Positions 1-7,736 are shown, counted from the first letter of the stretch. The stretch: DNA of 64,000 nt from a virus (IMGVR_UViG_3300035698_027074); one strand, 5' to 3'. Numbers and translations: made by a program. The notes: a model not told the origin generated them from the sequence alone.

Positions 1-1231
1 CTTTCCCCTTACCTTTTTCAAGTAAGTTTCAATTATTTGGTATGCTAGTCCTGCTGGTTGGTTTTCATAACCATCACTTAACAACACCAATAGTTCTGGG
101 TCATCTCTTAATGCTCTTGCTATGACTGATAAATCTGTTGAACCAACTAATTTAACCAAGAATGTTGATTTTCTCTTTATTTCGTCACCCATCAAATCAG
201 ATGATTGTTCTGTATCATATATTCTGAAGTCATCAGTCAAACCAGATAGTATTTGTGATACTGACTCTGAGACTGAAATTGGATGAAATTTCTTCACTCT
301 TGAACCAAACATACTTTTACTGTTGTCTAAAACGACAGCTATTGACTCGAAATTGAATGGTATTCTGTCTGATATTCTCTTACAGGATTTTTCGTATGCG
401 TCCCTGTCTGATTTATCTGGATGTTCCCTGAAATATTTCAACATTTTTATTGGTGGGTATTTATCTAAACTAATATCTACCTTAACACCATGTTTTTCTG
501 CTGTTGATTGGACCCTTAATTTTTCTCCATGTGTCAATTTCCCTTTTATTTTTTCATAGAATTCTTTGTCTGGTATTTTATGTAGTTCCTTGTAACCTAC
601 TGCTATTGAGTAAGGTAATTCGTATATCTTATCTTTGTTTTTCTTCACTTCAATACATGTCTTCAAAAGAACTGATTTTTTAATTTTTGGTTTCTTTGAA
701 AATAAGAATTCCCAAACTTCTGGTAACATTTTCTTTAGTCTTAAATGGTTATGAACTGACATGTCATGAATCCATCTACTATACTTTACTGTTTCAAAAT
801 CAATGTTCTTCCTTGACAAAAGAAAGTCTCTTGCCAATGTCCTTGTTCTGTTATTGTTTACCTTGTTTAATTGAAGGATTTTAAATGTCTTGTAAGCTCT
901 GTTTGTTGGTAGATATGATAATGCAATTCTTACCAATCTATCTTCCCAAATCCTGTGTTCCAGTGACTTGATTTCCTTACCAGTCTTCAACAAATTAAAC
1001 ACAATCAATTGTTTATGTATGTCGTTGATTGGTAACAATAATGTCAAGGAATAGATTTCTCTTTGCTTTTCTTTCATTTTATTGTGTATATCTAAAACTT
1101 GTTTCATTTGTTCGTCTGGTTTACTGTAATATTCAGTTTGTATTGTACTTGTCATAACAGTATTCAAAAAAGAATCTAACAAACTAACATCCAAGTCTTT
1201 TCTCTCTTCTACTAATTCTTTCCAACCCATA
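1..1231 (-). CDS. Partial CDS, 5' part in window (start ATG at 1231-1229, runs off the window start). Protein with a C-terminal von Willebrand A domain (MIDAS-like VVLDNSKSM) after a roughly 300-aa helical N-terminal region; possible TROVE/Ro60-like architecture
   Basis: Manual translation of the minus strand from 1231 gives MGWKELVEERKDLDV...IAVVLDNSKSMFGSRV... with no stop before position 1. It is missing from the ORF track because it is open-ended. The DxSxS motif is typical of vWA MIDAS. The TROVE assignment is only architectural inference. Confidence 0.55.
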
Positions 1232-1330
1232 TTAATCATCTCCAGGAAGGTAAGGGGGATATTTACTGTTGGACAACAACGTTCCGTTTTCACGGATTTT
1301 GCGTCCTGGTTGTATGTTTACAATTTCATA

Positions 1331-1360
1331 CTTCGGTATTCTCCCTAAAGTCCTAGATTA
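1331..1360. repeat. 30-nt direct repeat copy 1 (cttcggtattctccctaaagtcctagatta)
   Basis: Near-identical copy at 1446-1475 (26/30 identical), 115 nt away, in the noncoding region upstream (minus-strand sense) of the vWA gene. Confidence 0.7.
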
Positions 1361-1445
1361 TCATTCAGACATTTTCCAGTCCTATATGACCATTAAACTA
1401 GGAAGGTAAAAGAGACATTTGAAGTTTACACATTGGCTGTATTTA

Positions 1446-1475
1446 TTTCGGTATTCTCTTTAAAGTCCTAGATAA
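1446..1475. repeat. 30-nt direct repeat copy 2 (tttcggtattctctttaaagtcctagataa)
   Basis: Pairs with 1331-1360; immediately abuts the conserved promoter-like motif at 1477-1508. Confidence 0.7.
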
Positions 1476-1476
1476 T

Positions 1477-1508
1477 AATTATATTGCATTTACTAATATA
1501 TAAATGTT
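1477..1508 (-). promoter_or_regulatory. Recurrent promoter-associated motif, site 1. Minus-strand sense: TATA-like TTTATATA followed by TAGTAAATGCAATATAATTA
   Basis: Plus-strand text taattatattgcatttactaatatataaatg. Close variants occur at 2307-2335, 6927-6956, 8797-8826 and 17164-17190, always oriented toward minus-strand genes or tRNAs. Confidence 0.45.
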
Positions 1509-1620
1509 TCTATATTAGAAAAAAAGTTTTAAATACTCAGTTCTCAATATTTTAATCATGTTTAGAATCAACTATCCACCATAAAAAATCACTTCGTTAG
1601 TAATACGAGGTGATGAATTT

Positions 1621-1785
1621 ATGCAATTTTTTGTTAAAAGACTCTCCTATTGGGAGAGAAGAGAAGGATATTTCATGACAAAAAAATGTCGTGTCGTATC
1701 AAGTAAATCTGGTATCCAGTACTGTAAATGTAAGGAATTTCCAGATTGTTTGTCGTGTAAGAAGTGGATGGGAATAAAAGAATAA
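1621..1785 (+). CDS. Small Cys-rich protein (54 aa, CxxC...CxxC zinc-ribbon-like), below the ORF-track size cut-off
   Basis: ATG at 1621 reads MQFFVKRLSYWERREGYFMTKKCRVVSSKSGIQYCKCKEFPDCLSCKKWMGIKE, stop at 1783-1785. It is one of the few plus-strand ORFs and is speculative. Confidence 0.3.
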   Translation: MQFFVKRLSYWERREGYFMTKKCRVVSSKSGIQYCKCKEFPDCLSCKKWMGIKE

Positions 1786-1860
1786 GGACTCATTTCGGGA
1801 ATCGAACCCAAACCTAGAGGGTCACAACCTCTTATGCTATACCACTACACCAAACGAGTC
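1786..1860 (-). tRNA. tRNA-His (anticodon GTG), no intron, G-1 encoded
   Basis: Reverse complement is GACTCGTTTGGTGTAGTGGTATAGCATAAGAGGTTGTGACCCTCTAGGTTTGGGTTCGATTCCCGAAATGAGTCC. Anticodon stem AGAGG/CCTCT, loop TTGTGAC, T-loop TTCGATT; the extra 5' G pairs with discriminator C, which is the His hallmark. Confidence 0.8.
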
Positions 1861-1867
1861 ATATTTA

Positions 1868-2020
1868 CGGTGGGGAGGAGATTTGAACTCCTGGTACCAT
1901 TTCTGGTACACCACATTTCTGTGTATCAGATTTAGCAGTTTAGCTGCTTTCCAGTTTAACTCTCAAGTTTAGCCCTGTTTTTCGAGTGTGGCTCATTAAA
2001 CCTGACTTTGATACCCCACC
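1868..2020 (-). tRNA. tRNA-Ser (anticodon CGA) with roughly 64-nt intron at the canonical 37/38 position; type II tRNA
   Basis: Acceptor GGTGGGG/CCCCACC with G73. D-arm TCA-AAGTCAGGTTTAA-TGA. Anticodon stem CCACA...TGTGG with loop CTCGAA interrupted by the intron. Long variable-arm hairpin GTACC-AGAAAT-GGTAC. T-arm AGGAG-TTCAAAT-CTCCT. The intron contains three TAAACT repeats. Confidence 0.6.
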
Positions 2021-2025
2021 ATCAA

Positions 2026-2182
2026 TGGCGGTGACAGGATTTGAACCTGTGTTGTTATCCACTAAGGTCGAGATTTCTCCGCGTTTTATCTTTTAAGTTT
2101 CGTGCATCTAAGTTTCACGCTAAGATTTGAGTTTCACGCTTCTTAGTCTCGTGCGTTCGACCAGACTCCGCTACACACCGCC
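2026..2182 (-). tRNA. tRNA-Leu-like type II tRNA with roughly 66-nt intron in the anticodon loop; anticodon ambiguous (AAG if cut canonically, or UAA)
   Basis: Acceptor GGCGGTG/CACCGCC with A73 (Leu identity). D-loop GAGTCTGGTCGAA matches the archaeal Leu pattern. Anticodon stem CGAGA...TCTCG separated by the intron. Long variable arm, T-arm ACAGG-TTCAAAT-CCTGT. It lies only 5 nt from the Ser gene. Confidence 0.55.
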
Positions 2183-2306
2183 ATTAGAAATAGTAATCAC
2201 TAAGAAAAACCAATGAGTCAATCACCTACTGAGTGACGACAGTAGATGTGACAATCCAGACAATAATATATCTCTCATCATAGATTTCAACTCTTTAATT
2301 TATAGG

Positions 2307-2335
2307 AATATATTTCCTTTGCAAGTATTTAAATG
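2307..2335 (-). promoter_or_regulatory. Recurrent promoter-associated motif, site 5 (variant), about 125 nt upstream of the His-Ser-Leu tRNA cluster on the minus strand
   Basis: aatatatttcctttgcaagtatttaaatg resembles the other four sites; minus-strand sense ATTTAAATACTTGCAAAGGAAATATATT. Confidence 0.4.
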
Positions 2336-2347
2336 TTAACTATTTAT

Positions 2348-2623
2348 TTATCTTCTCCTGGTTACCCTTTCCCATCTATCAGCTAATTTGCCAGAATAAA
2401 TATAATCCCATACACAAATCTCTCTGTCCGTATATAGTCTTTTCTTCTTGAAGTTCTTAGGGTCTACAAAAATCACATAAAAATGGTCATGACCAGACTT
2501 TGGAAATATCTTTGTCACATGTGCATAATTTGTTGATTTAAATTGTTTAGAATGAGTTCTAAATGTCATTCCTACCTTTACATTTTTCATTTTTGGTTTT
2601 TTTAATCTTACAATTCTTGACAT
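2348..2623 (-). CDS. Hypothetical basic protein (91 aa)
   Basis: ORF track; lysine/arginine-rich, co-directional with its neighbours. Confidence 0.4.
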   Translation of the reverse strand: MSRIVRLKKPKMKNVKVGMTFRTHSKQFKSTNYAHVTKIFPKSGHDHFYVIFVDPKNFKKKRLYTDREICVWDYIYSGKLADRWERVTRRR

Positions 2624-2929
2624 ATTTTCACCTTCACATTAACTTCAATTTTTTATAATCATTAAGTTAACAATTTCCTCTCTTATAACCAGATTTCTTT
2701 CCCTTTCTTCCAGATTTATACATAGCAGACCCTTTTCTTGGACCTTTTCCATCTCTATCTGACATTTTTCACACCTTTTGTTCCTTAATCCATTTTCTTA
2801 TTTTCTTGTTGTTTGTTGAACCTAACAATCCCAATTTTAATCCTTTTCTAAATTGTTTACTTTCACCTTTTATCTCTTTCTTCCAATATCTTTTATAATT
2901 ATTCAATGTTTTTTTCATTTGTTTCACCC

Positions 2930-3271
2930 TTAAAAGAACATAAAACCAGATAATGCTCTAGCAATTGTTATCATAACAAATAACACTATTAAGATAGGTA
3001 TCTGTGATAAAATCAAATATATTATCCATCCCTTTCTTTTTTTATGTTTGGTCTTTATAATTTTTATGATAGACATAATCAATGCAGTCAAAGAATATGG
3101 GACCAGATAAAATAATGATATAAAACCAGATATGAATGGTAATCCTATGTTTTCATACAAAAACCCTATTATTGTAAGTAATATTACAGATATGAACATA
3201 AAATAATTTATTCCTAAGAAAATCCATCTTAGTTTAATTTTTTTTGGTTTTTTTCTTTTCACCATATACAT
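2930..3271 (-). CDS. Hypothetical membrane protein (113 aa, about 3 TM helices)
   Basis: Hydrophobic stretches ISVILLTIIGFLY, LFYLVPYSLTALIMSIIKII, IIYLILSQIPILIVLFVMI. Confidence 0.45.
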   Translation of the reverse strand: MYMVKRKKPKKIKLRWIFLGINYFMFISVILLTIIGFLYENIGLPFISGFISLFYLVPYSLTALIMSIIKIIKTKHKKRKGWIIYLILSQIPILIVLFVMITIARALSGFMFF

Positions 3272-3522
3272 TACCCTTTAGGATGTGCTTTCATCCATTT
3301 CATTGTGAATTTATATGCCTTCAACTTGGTTTTCAGAACCTTAATTGTCCTTCCACCACCAGATTTGGTTGTTCCACCTTTCATAACATTACTGACCATT
3401 ACGTGATATGGAGATACACCAAAAACTCCTCTAATTGATATACTTCTTTTCTTTGGAACAAACCATCTATCTTTGCTCCATTTATCTTTTTTCCATCTTC
3501 CTATTTTTGGCATCTTTTTCAC
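3271..3522 (-). CDS. Hypothetical small basic protein (83 aa), paralog of 3519..3731
   Basis: K/R-rich; shares a G(I/V)SPY...GG motif with the adjacent ORF. The antisense plus-strand ORFs are Phe-rich artefacts of AAA codons. Confidence 0.4.
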   Translation of the reverse strand: MKKMPKIGRWKKDKWSKDRWFVPKKRSISIRGVFGVSPYHVMVSNVMKGGTTKSGGGRTIKVLKTKLKAYKFTMKWMKAHPKG

Positions 3523-3731
3523 CTTTTCTTTTTAGGATAATGTCTTCCCCAAATTATAGCATAAGCTCCACCGACTTTCCTGTATTTACCTTTTCTATAA
3601 GGAGAAATTCCATATCTTTCCTTGAATGTACTGGTAGTTATTATTTTAGTCCTTCCTATTTTCTTATCAGTCCATTTATCAAGAATTTCAACCTTCCATT
3701 TGACAGATGTTCTTTTCTTTTTTCTTACCAT
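3519..3731 (-). CDS. Hypothetical small basic protein (70 aa)
   Basis: K/R-rich, 4-nt overlap with the downstream gene, motif YGISPYRKGKYRKVGG. Confidence 0.4.
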   Translation of the reverse strand: MVRKKKRTSVKWKVEILDKWTDKKIGRTKIITTSTFKERYGISPYRKGKYRKVGGAYAIIWGRHYPKKKR

Positions 3732-3765
3732 ATTAATCTAATTAATTATATAACACCTTGAATAT

Positions 3766-4002
3766 TTAAATCTTTTTCAATATCTCATAAACGAATTCTG
3801 GGACTCTCTCTTTTGTTTGTATCTCCATGAATTTGATTGCAGTTCTCTTGTTTCCATCAAAAAATGGGTGTCTCTCTGCAATTATCTTTGCTATCTCTAT
3901 GTTTGTCTTGTTTGCAATACTATCTAAATCCCCGTCATACCTTATAGAACCGTCATGGAACTGTTTGTTTATCTCAATTATCTTGTTTTTCATAAAATTC
4001 AC
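3766..4002 (-). CDS. doc: Fic/Doc-family protein fragment (Doc-type motif HPFFDGNKRTA), 78 aa
   Basis: HxFx(D/N)(A/G)NKR is the Doc toxin active-site signature. The protein is shorter than canonical Doc and may start at GTG 4002 or ATG 3993. A 55-aa Cys-rich ORF (MSYRCCKCKVRC...) sits immediately upstream. Confidence 0.55.
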   Translation of the reverse strand: MNFMKNKIIEINKQFHDGSIRYDGDLDSIANKTNIEIAKIIAERHPFFDGNKRTAIKFMEIQTKERVPEFVYEILKKI

Positions 4003-4175
4003 TCTACTTTTATATTAGGTCTCCTTTTGAAACCCATTCTATGGTCTACTGGGTCAAACCAAAAATATTCTTTATGACCACAGTGGATACAGGGTTCGTT
4101 TGTATCAAACGTACCATAACTCATACTACATCTCACCTTGCATTTACAACACCTGTAACTCATACCATCTCCCCA

Positions 4176-4808
4176 TTAGAAGTTTGTTTCATTATTAACA
4201 CCCAATTTGTTTGATATAAGAGGTTTTCTCATCCAATGTTTTGAATCCTCTAGTTCTTTTTGAAATTTATGAGTAGTGTACTTGAACATCTGAATGTCAT
4301 TCCTTAGTGACTTAACAATAAACCCTTCCATTTGTTCTGAACCAAAGTTTGAAGTTCCTATGAGTTTTTTTGATTTTTCCAGTGTGGTTATTCCTGAAAA
4401 GAGAACTGGTACTATTTCAAACCCAACATCTTTACAAAACTTCCTTTTTTTCCTGTTTGGGAGGAATTTCTGACCTGTCCAGATGTCAAAACATATGAAC
4501 CAATCTGGTAGAAGATTATATGGTATGTTATGTTTAGCAAACATGTATTCCCCATAGACTATCCAACCTCTTGGTATTTTCTTGATTTTATCTAGATTCT
4601 TCCATGCCCATCTTTCAAAATGTCTATATTGTGGGTGTGTTTTACTCTCTATCCACCCTCTTCTACCCTGTAATTTAAATTTGTGTCCCTTCCAATGTAT
4701 TCCGACATTTGCTCCATCTACCTTTTCTTCTATTATGACTTCGTTGTCGAACACTTTCTCTGTATTCCTGAATATCTTTGGGTATTTTTTCCACATTTTA
4801 ATCACCAC
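4176..4808 (-). CDS. ATP-dependent polynucleotide ligase-like nucleotidyltransferase (minimal, 210 aa; Rnl2-like RNA/DNA ligase core)
   Basis: Motif I EEKVDGANVG (KxDG), motif III IVYGEYMF, motif IIIa FICFDIW, motif IV MEGFIVKS, motif V KYTTHKFQK, in the canonical order. Confidence 0.6.
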   Translation of the reverse strand: MVIKMWKKYPKIFRNTEKVFDNEVIIEEKVDGANVGIHWKGHKFKLQGRRGWIESKTHPQYRHFERWAWKNLDKIKKIPRGWIVYGEYMFAKHNIPYNLLPDWFICFDIWTGQKFLPNRKKRKFCKDVGFEIVPVLFSGITTLEKSKKLIGTSNFGSEQMEGFIVKSLRNDIQMFKYTTHKFQKELEDSKHWMRKPLISNKLGVNNETNF

Positions 4809-5142
4809 TGTTTAAATCAGACCCCCTTAACCCTCTTATTCCATCTGGATTCTCTTTATCCAAAACATAAAAACTGATAAAATAGAAATTAACCATACCT
4901 TTTTTTATTATATGAGTCTTAGGCATTCCCTTCCTTGGTGGGGATAATAAAATTTGGAATTTGTTATTTGTTACTAATGGGAAATCACTGATATATTCCC
5001 TCACTAATTTTCGTGAACAATTCCATTTCTTTGAAAGTGATTCCATAATTTTTGGAATTGGAACATAAGAAGAATGTGATTCAAAAGTAAGTCTAAAATA
5101 TTCTTCTATTAATTCTATTTGTTTGTTCTCCACATTATTCAC
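4798..5142 (-). CDS. Hypothetical protein (114 aa)
   Basis: ORF track; no recognisable motif. Confidence 0.35.
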   Translation of the reverse strand: MNNVENKQIELIEEYFRLTFESHSSYVPIPKIMESLSKKWNCSRKLVREYISDFPLVTNNKFQILLSPPRKGMPKTHIIKKGMVNFYFISFYVLDKENPDGIRGLRGSDLNSGD

Positions 5143-5294
5143 CCAGTTTCATTTTCTAGTTCATCCAATGCTCTTTTTATTACTGACCACCTTGGTTCTT
5201 TCTTTCCCCATTGGTCCATTGGTTCTTTTGATAGAATATCTACTCTTTTCATGTCTTCTTTTAATATTTTAATTGGACTTAAATCTAAAACCAT

Positions 5295-5897
5295 TTATTT
5301 CACCCCACTTTTAACTTTTTTAAGATTCTTAACGAAATGTTCACTGAAATTACATTTAGGAAATCCATGTCCTGTATGTTCACTATAATTTTTTAATGAT
5401 ATTACTAAACTTTTTGGTGCAACTATCTTTAAAACCATACTTATACCAGTATGACCTTCACCTCCATTCCAATACTGAGTTATGACAAATTTTTCTCTAA
5501 AAAGTTTACGTATTCTATTCCACCCTCTTTTAGATAATCCAATTTGTGAATGTGCAACCCAGTTTTCCCTCACTTTTAAGACTATCATCACTTCTTTGCC
5601 CTTTACATTTATAGATATACTGAAAATATCTGCTCTTGAATGAACACCGAAATGGTTACATATTAGTTTATCACTGTATGGGTACTTATTTAGTGCTTTA
5701 AGCATCGCCTGAACCTCTGGAACCAACAAATTTATATGCTCTTTTCGGCTATTCTCAATCAACTTCATTTTTTGAAGTACTTCACCTTTTTGTCTTAAAT
5801 CAACCCGTAAAGAATGAATATTATCATCTAATGAATTGATTGTTTTTTCTAATGTATCATATTCAGTTAATAGTTCATTTATTGTTGTACTTTTCAT
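5295..5897 (-). CDS. Hypothetical protein (200 aa) with N-terminal coiled coil
   Basis: ORF track. Confidence 0.45.
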   Translation of the reverse strand: MKSTTINELLTEYDTLEKTINSLDDNIHSLRVDLRQKGEVLQKMKLIENSRKEHINLLVPEVQAMLKALNKYPYSDKLICNHFGVHSRADIFSISINVKGKEVMIVLKVRENWVAHSQIGLSKRGWNRIRKLFREKFVITQYWNGGEGHTGISMVLKIVAPKSLVISLKNYSEHTGHGFPKCNFSEHFVKNLKKVKSGVK

Positions 5898-6221
5898 TTA
5901 TTTACACCTCTTTTTTATTTTGTATCTCCTTCTTTTAGGATTCTTACAGTTATAATTATCTAATGAATCTAGATATACCCCCTCCATTTGTGTACTGTTT
6001 AATTTTTTGAATTTTGGTACAATTTTCATTATTATATTTAGTTTCTTCTCCTTTGTTGCCCCTGTTTTTACTGAATTTATAAACTCTTGGTTTGTGGATA
6101 TTTTTATCATTAGGTGTTGGTATAACATATCTGGTGGTACAAAACCCATCATATAGAGATGTTCAGTCTCATCCATTTGAAAAAATTCTTTAATTGATTG
6201 AAATATTCTTAACATTTTCAT
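5898..6221 (-). CDS. Hypothetical protein (107 aa)
   Basis: ORF track; abuts the upstream gene. Confidence 0.4.
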   Translation of the reverse strand: MKMLRIFQSIKEFFQMDETEHLYMMGFVPPDMLYQHLMIKISTNQEFINSVKTGATKEKKLNIIMKIVPKFKKLNSTQMEGVYLDSLDNYNCKNPKRRRYKIKKRCK

Positions 6222-6673
6222 TCACCTTTTGGTTTTTCTACTATGTCTCTACCAAGCTTTACTATCAAATCAATTAAGTGGTCGTCTCTTTCCATTTGTC
6301 TTAATCTCTTTTCTTTCATGTTCTTATCCTCCTTTATTCTGTTCTTTCTCACATTTTTTACATACTACATACTGTTCTTTTCCATCTATCTCACATAATC
6401 TTAATGTAGATTTACCACAAAAATAACAACCTCTAATACTACTAAATCTGCTCCTACCCTTTGTATATAAGTATTTTACTTTCATATTTTCATTCACCTT
6501 TTAATATCATTAAATGAAGCGTAATAACTGTCATAATAAAATACACGATTCCAGCCTGTAATACCACCATTGGTATATAATTTATAAATACCATCCATAT
6601 CAAAAATGGTGACACCCCAACACCAAGTATACATGATAAAAGTATAAGTCTTTTCAATATGTTCATCTTTCAT

Positions 6674-6910
6674 TCACCTCTCAAATAAATTAATTATTTT
6701 GTCTATTACTTCTGAAAAAACACCATGCTGTAAATCTACTGATATTTCCCATTTATCCCCAATCTTAAAAAATCGTTGGACAGTATAACCCATTTCATAA
6801 GACTCTTCATATATTCTCAAGCTAAAATGATTAAAATCTTTTTCAAATATTTTTGAATATTTCTCTTGTTTCCAATCTTCTTTTACTTCTTTTAATGTTT
6901 CGTAACTCAT
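6674..6910 (-). CDS. Hypothetical protein (78 aa), preceded by promoter motif site 2
   Basis: ORF track; the motif at 6927-6956 lies roughly 20-45 nt upstream of the ATG. Confidence 0.45.
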   Translation of the reverse strand: MSYETLKEVKEDWKQEKYSKIFEKDFNHFSLRIYEESYEMGYTVQRFFKIGDKWEISVDLQHGVFSEVIDKIINLFER

Positions 6911-6926
6911 CTCCCATTACCTCTAG

Positions 6927-6956
6927 TAATATATTGCATTTACTAGCATATAAAGG
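6927..6956 (-). promoter_or_regulatory. Recurrent promoter-associated motif, site 2
   Basis: taatatattgcatttactagcatataaagg; minus-strand sense CCTTTATATGCTAGTAAATGCAATATATTA immediately upstream of ORF 6674..6910. Confidence 0.5.
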
Positions 6957-6999
6957 TATCGTTTGGGTACTAATAGGTATTAGAATAAGAAAAAAAGGT

Positions 7000-7103
7000 T
7001 GCCCCGCTGGGAGTCGAACCCAGTTTGACGGTTTACTCTTATGGTAAATTCAGATTACGTTTATTCAAAGACCGCCGTCCTTTACCACACTAGACTACGG
7101 GGC
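7000..7103 (-). tRNA. tRNA-Gln-like (anticodon TTG) with roughly 31-nt intron at 37/38; possible A1/A72 mismatch
   Basis: Reverse complement GCCCCGTAGTCTAGTGTGGTAAAGGACGGCGGTCTTTGA[intron]AACCGTCAAACTGGGTTCGACTCCCAGCGGGGCA. Anticodon stem GCGGT/ACCGT, loop CTTTGA|A, T-arm CTGGG-TTCGACT-CCCAG. The acceptor register is ambiguous. Confidence 0.5.
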
Positions 7104-7107
7104 TGTA

Positions 7108-7180
7108 TAGTCCCTATCGGATTCGAACCGATGCCAACAGTTCCAAAGACTGTTATCCTTGTCCACTAGACGAAGGGACT
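7108..7180 (-). tRNA. tRNA-Gln (anticodon TTG), no intron
   Basis: AGTCCCTTCGTCTAGTGGACAAGGATAACAGTCTTTGGAACTGTTGGCATCGGTTCGAATCCGATAGGGACTA. Acceptor AGTCCCT/AGGGACT with A73 matches archaeal tRNA-Gln; anticodon loop CTTTGGA. Confidence 0.8.
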
Positions 7181-7184
7181 GTGA

Positions 7185-7274
7185 TGGGAAGTATGGGATT
7201 TGAACCCATATATCATGCGTTCTTGGAAATAAATCATCCAAGGCACGGGTGATGCCAAATTACACTAACTCCCC
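7185..7274 (-). tRNA. tRNA-Pro (anticodon TGG) with 17-nt intron at the canonical position
   Basis: Acceptor GGGGAGT/ACTTCCC with A73. Anticodon stem CGTGC...GCATG, loop CTTGGA|intron TGATTTATTTCCAAGAA|C. T-arm ATGGG-TTCAAAT-CCCAT. Confidence 0.7.
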
Positions 7275-7686
7275 CTTTCACTTTTATTATATCATTCCAT
7301 CTCATTCCGAAAATATTCATACAAAAATGAACTCCTTCATGACATTTGCCACACAATAAAACCCATTTTTCTTTTTCTTTTATTGCTTTCCTGAGTTCTT
7401 TTGTACTACTTCTATGTCTCTTTCCATCTTTTTTGTGTAAAAACATCCTCTTATTATCTTTTCTACTAATTCCACAGAAAAAACATTCTATTCCAAATAC
7501 TTCATCCCTCTTTTTCCGCAGATTTTTCCTCCATTCTCTTCTACATTCATTGTTTCTTTTTTTAATTTCATTTTCTGTTAATTTTACTCTTTTTTTACTG
7601 GTTGGGAGACCTAACTTTTTTCTTCTTGCCCATTCTCTCTGGTATTCTCTGTTTTTTTGTTTATCTTTATATGGTATACATATCAC
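7234..7686 (-). CDS. HNH endonuclease-family protein (150 aa, very basic)
   Basis: CFFCG...LLCGKCHEGVHFC, i.e. the CxxC...CxxCH HNH zinc-finger nuclease motif. Its 3' end overlaps tRNA-Pro by about 40 nt. Confidence 0.55.
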   Translation of the reverse strand: MICIPYKDKQKNREYQREWARRKKLGLPTSKKRVKLTENEIKKRNNECRREWRKNLRKKRDEVFGIECFFCGISRKDNKRMFLHKKDGKRHRSSTKELRKAIKEKEKWVLLCGKCHEGVHFCMNIFGMRWNDIIKVKGGVSVIWHHPCLG

Positions 7687-7736
7687 CTAATATGTATATT
7701 AGGTTCAATCTATAAATACTCCCCATTGACTTTTAT

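Noticed and set aside
1331-1475. Possible CRISPR array, given the 30-nt direct repeats
   Set aside because: There are only two copies, separated by about 85 nt (far longer than CRISPR spacers), with 4 mismatches and no further repeats or cas genes in the window.
3244-3761. Plus-strand ORFs (64 aa and 108 aa) overlapping the basic minus-strand genes at 3271-3731
   Set aside because: Their Phe/Ser-rich composition is typical of AAA/AAG codons read in reverse. The minus-strand frames are co-directional with all neighbours and overlap by 4 nt like the other operonic genes.
7346-7690. Plus-strand 114-aa ORF antisense to the HNH gene
   Set aside because: It is Phe/Leu/Ser-rich low-complexity sequence, typical of the reverse strand of a Lys-rich gene in an AT-rich genome. 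The minus-strand frame carries a clear HNH motif.
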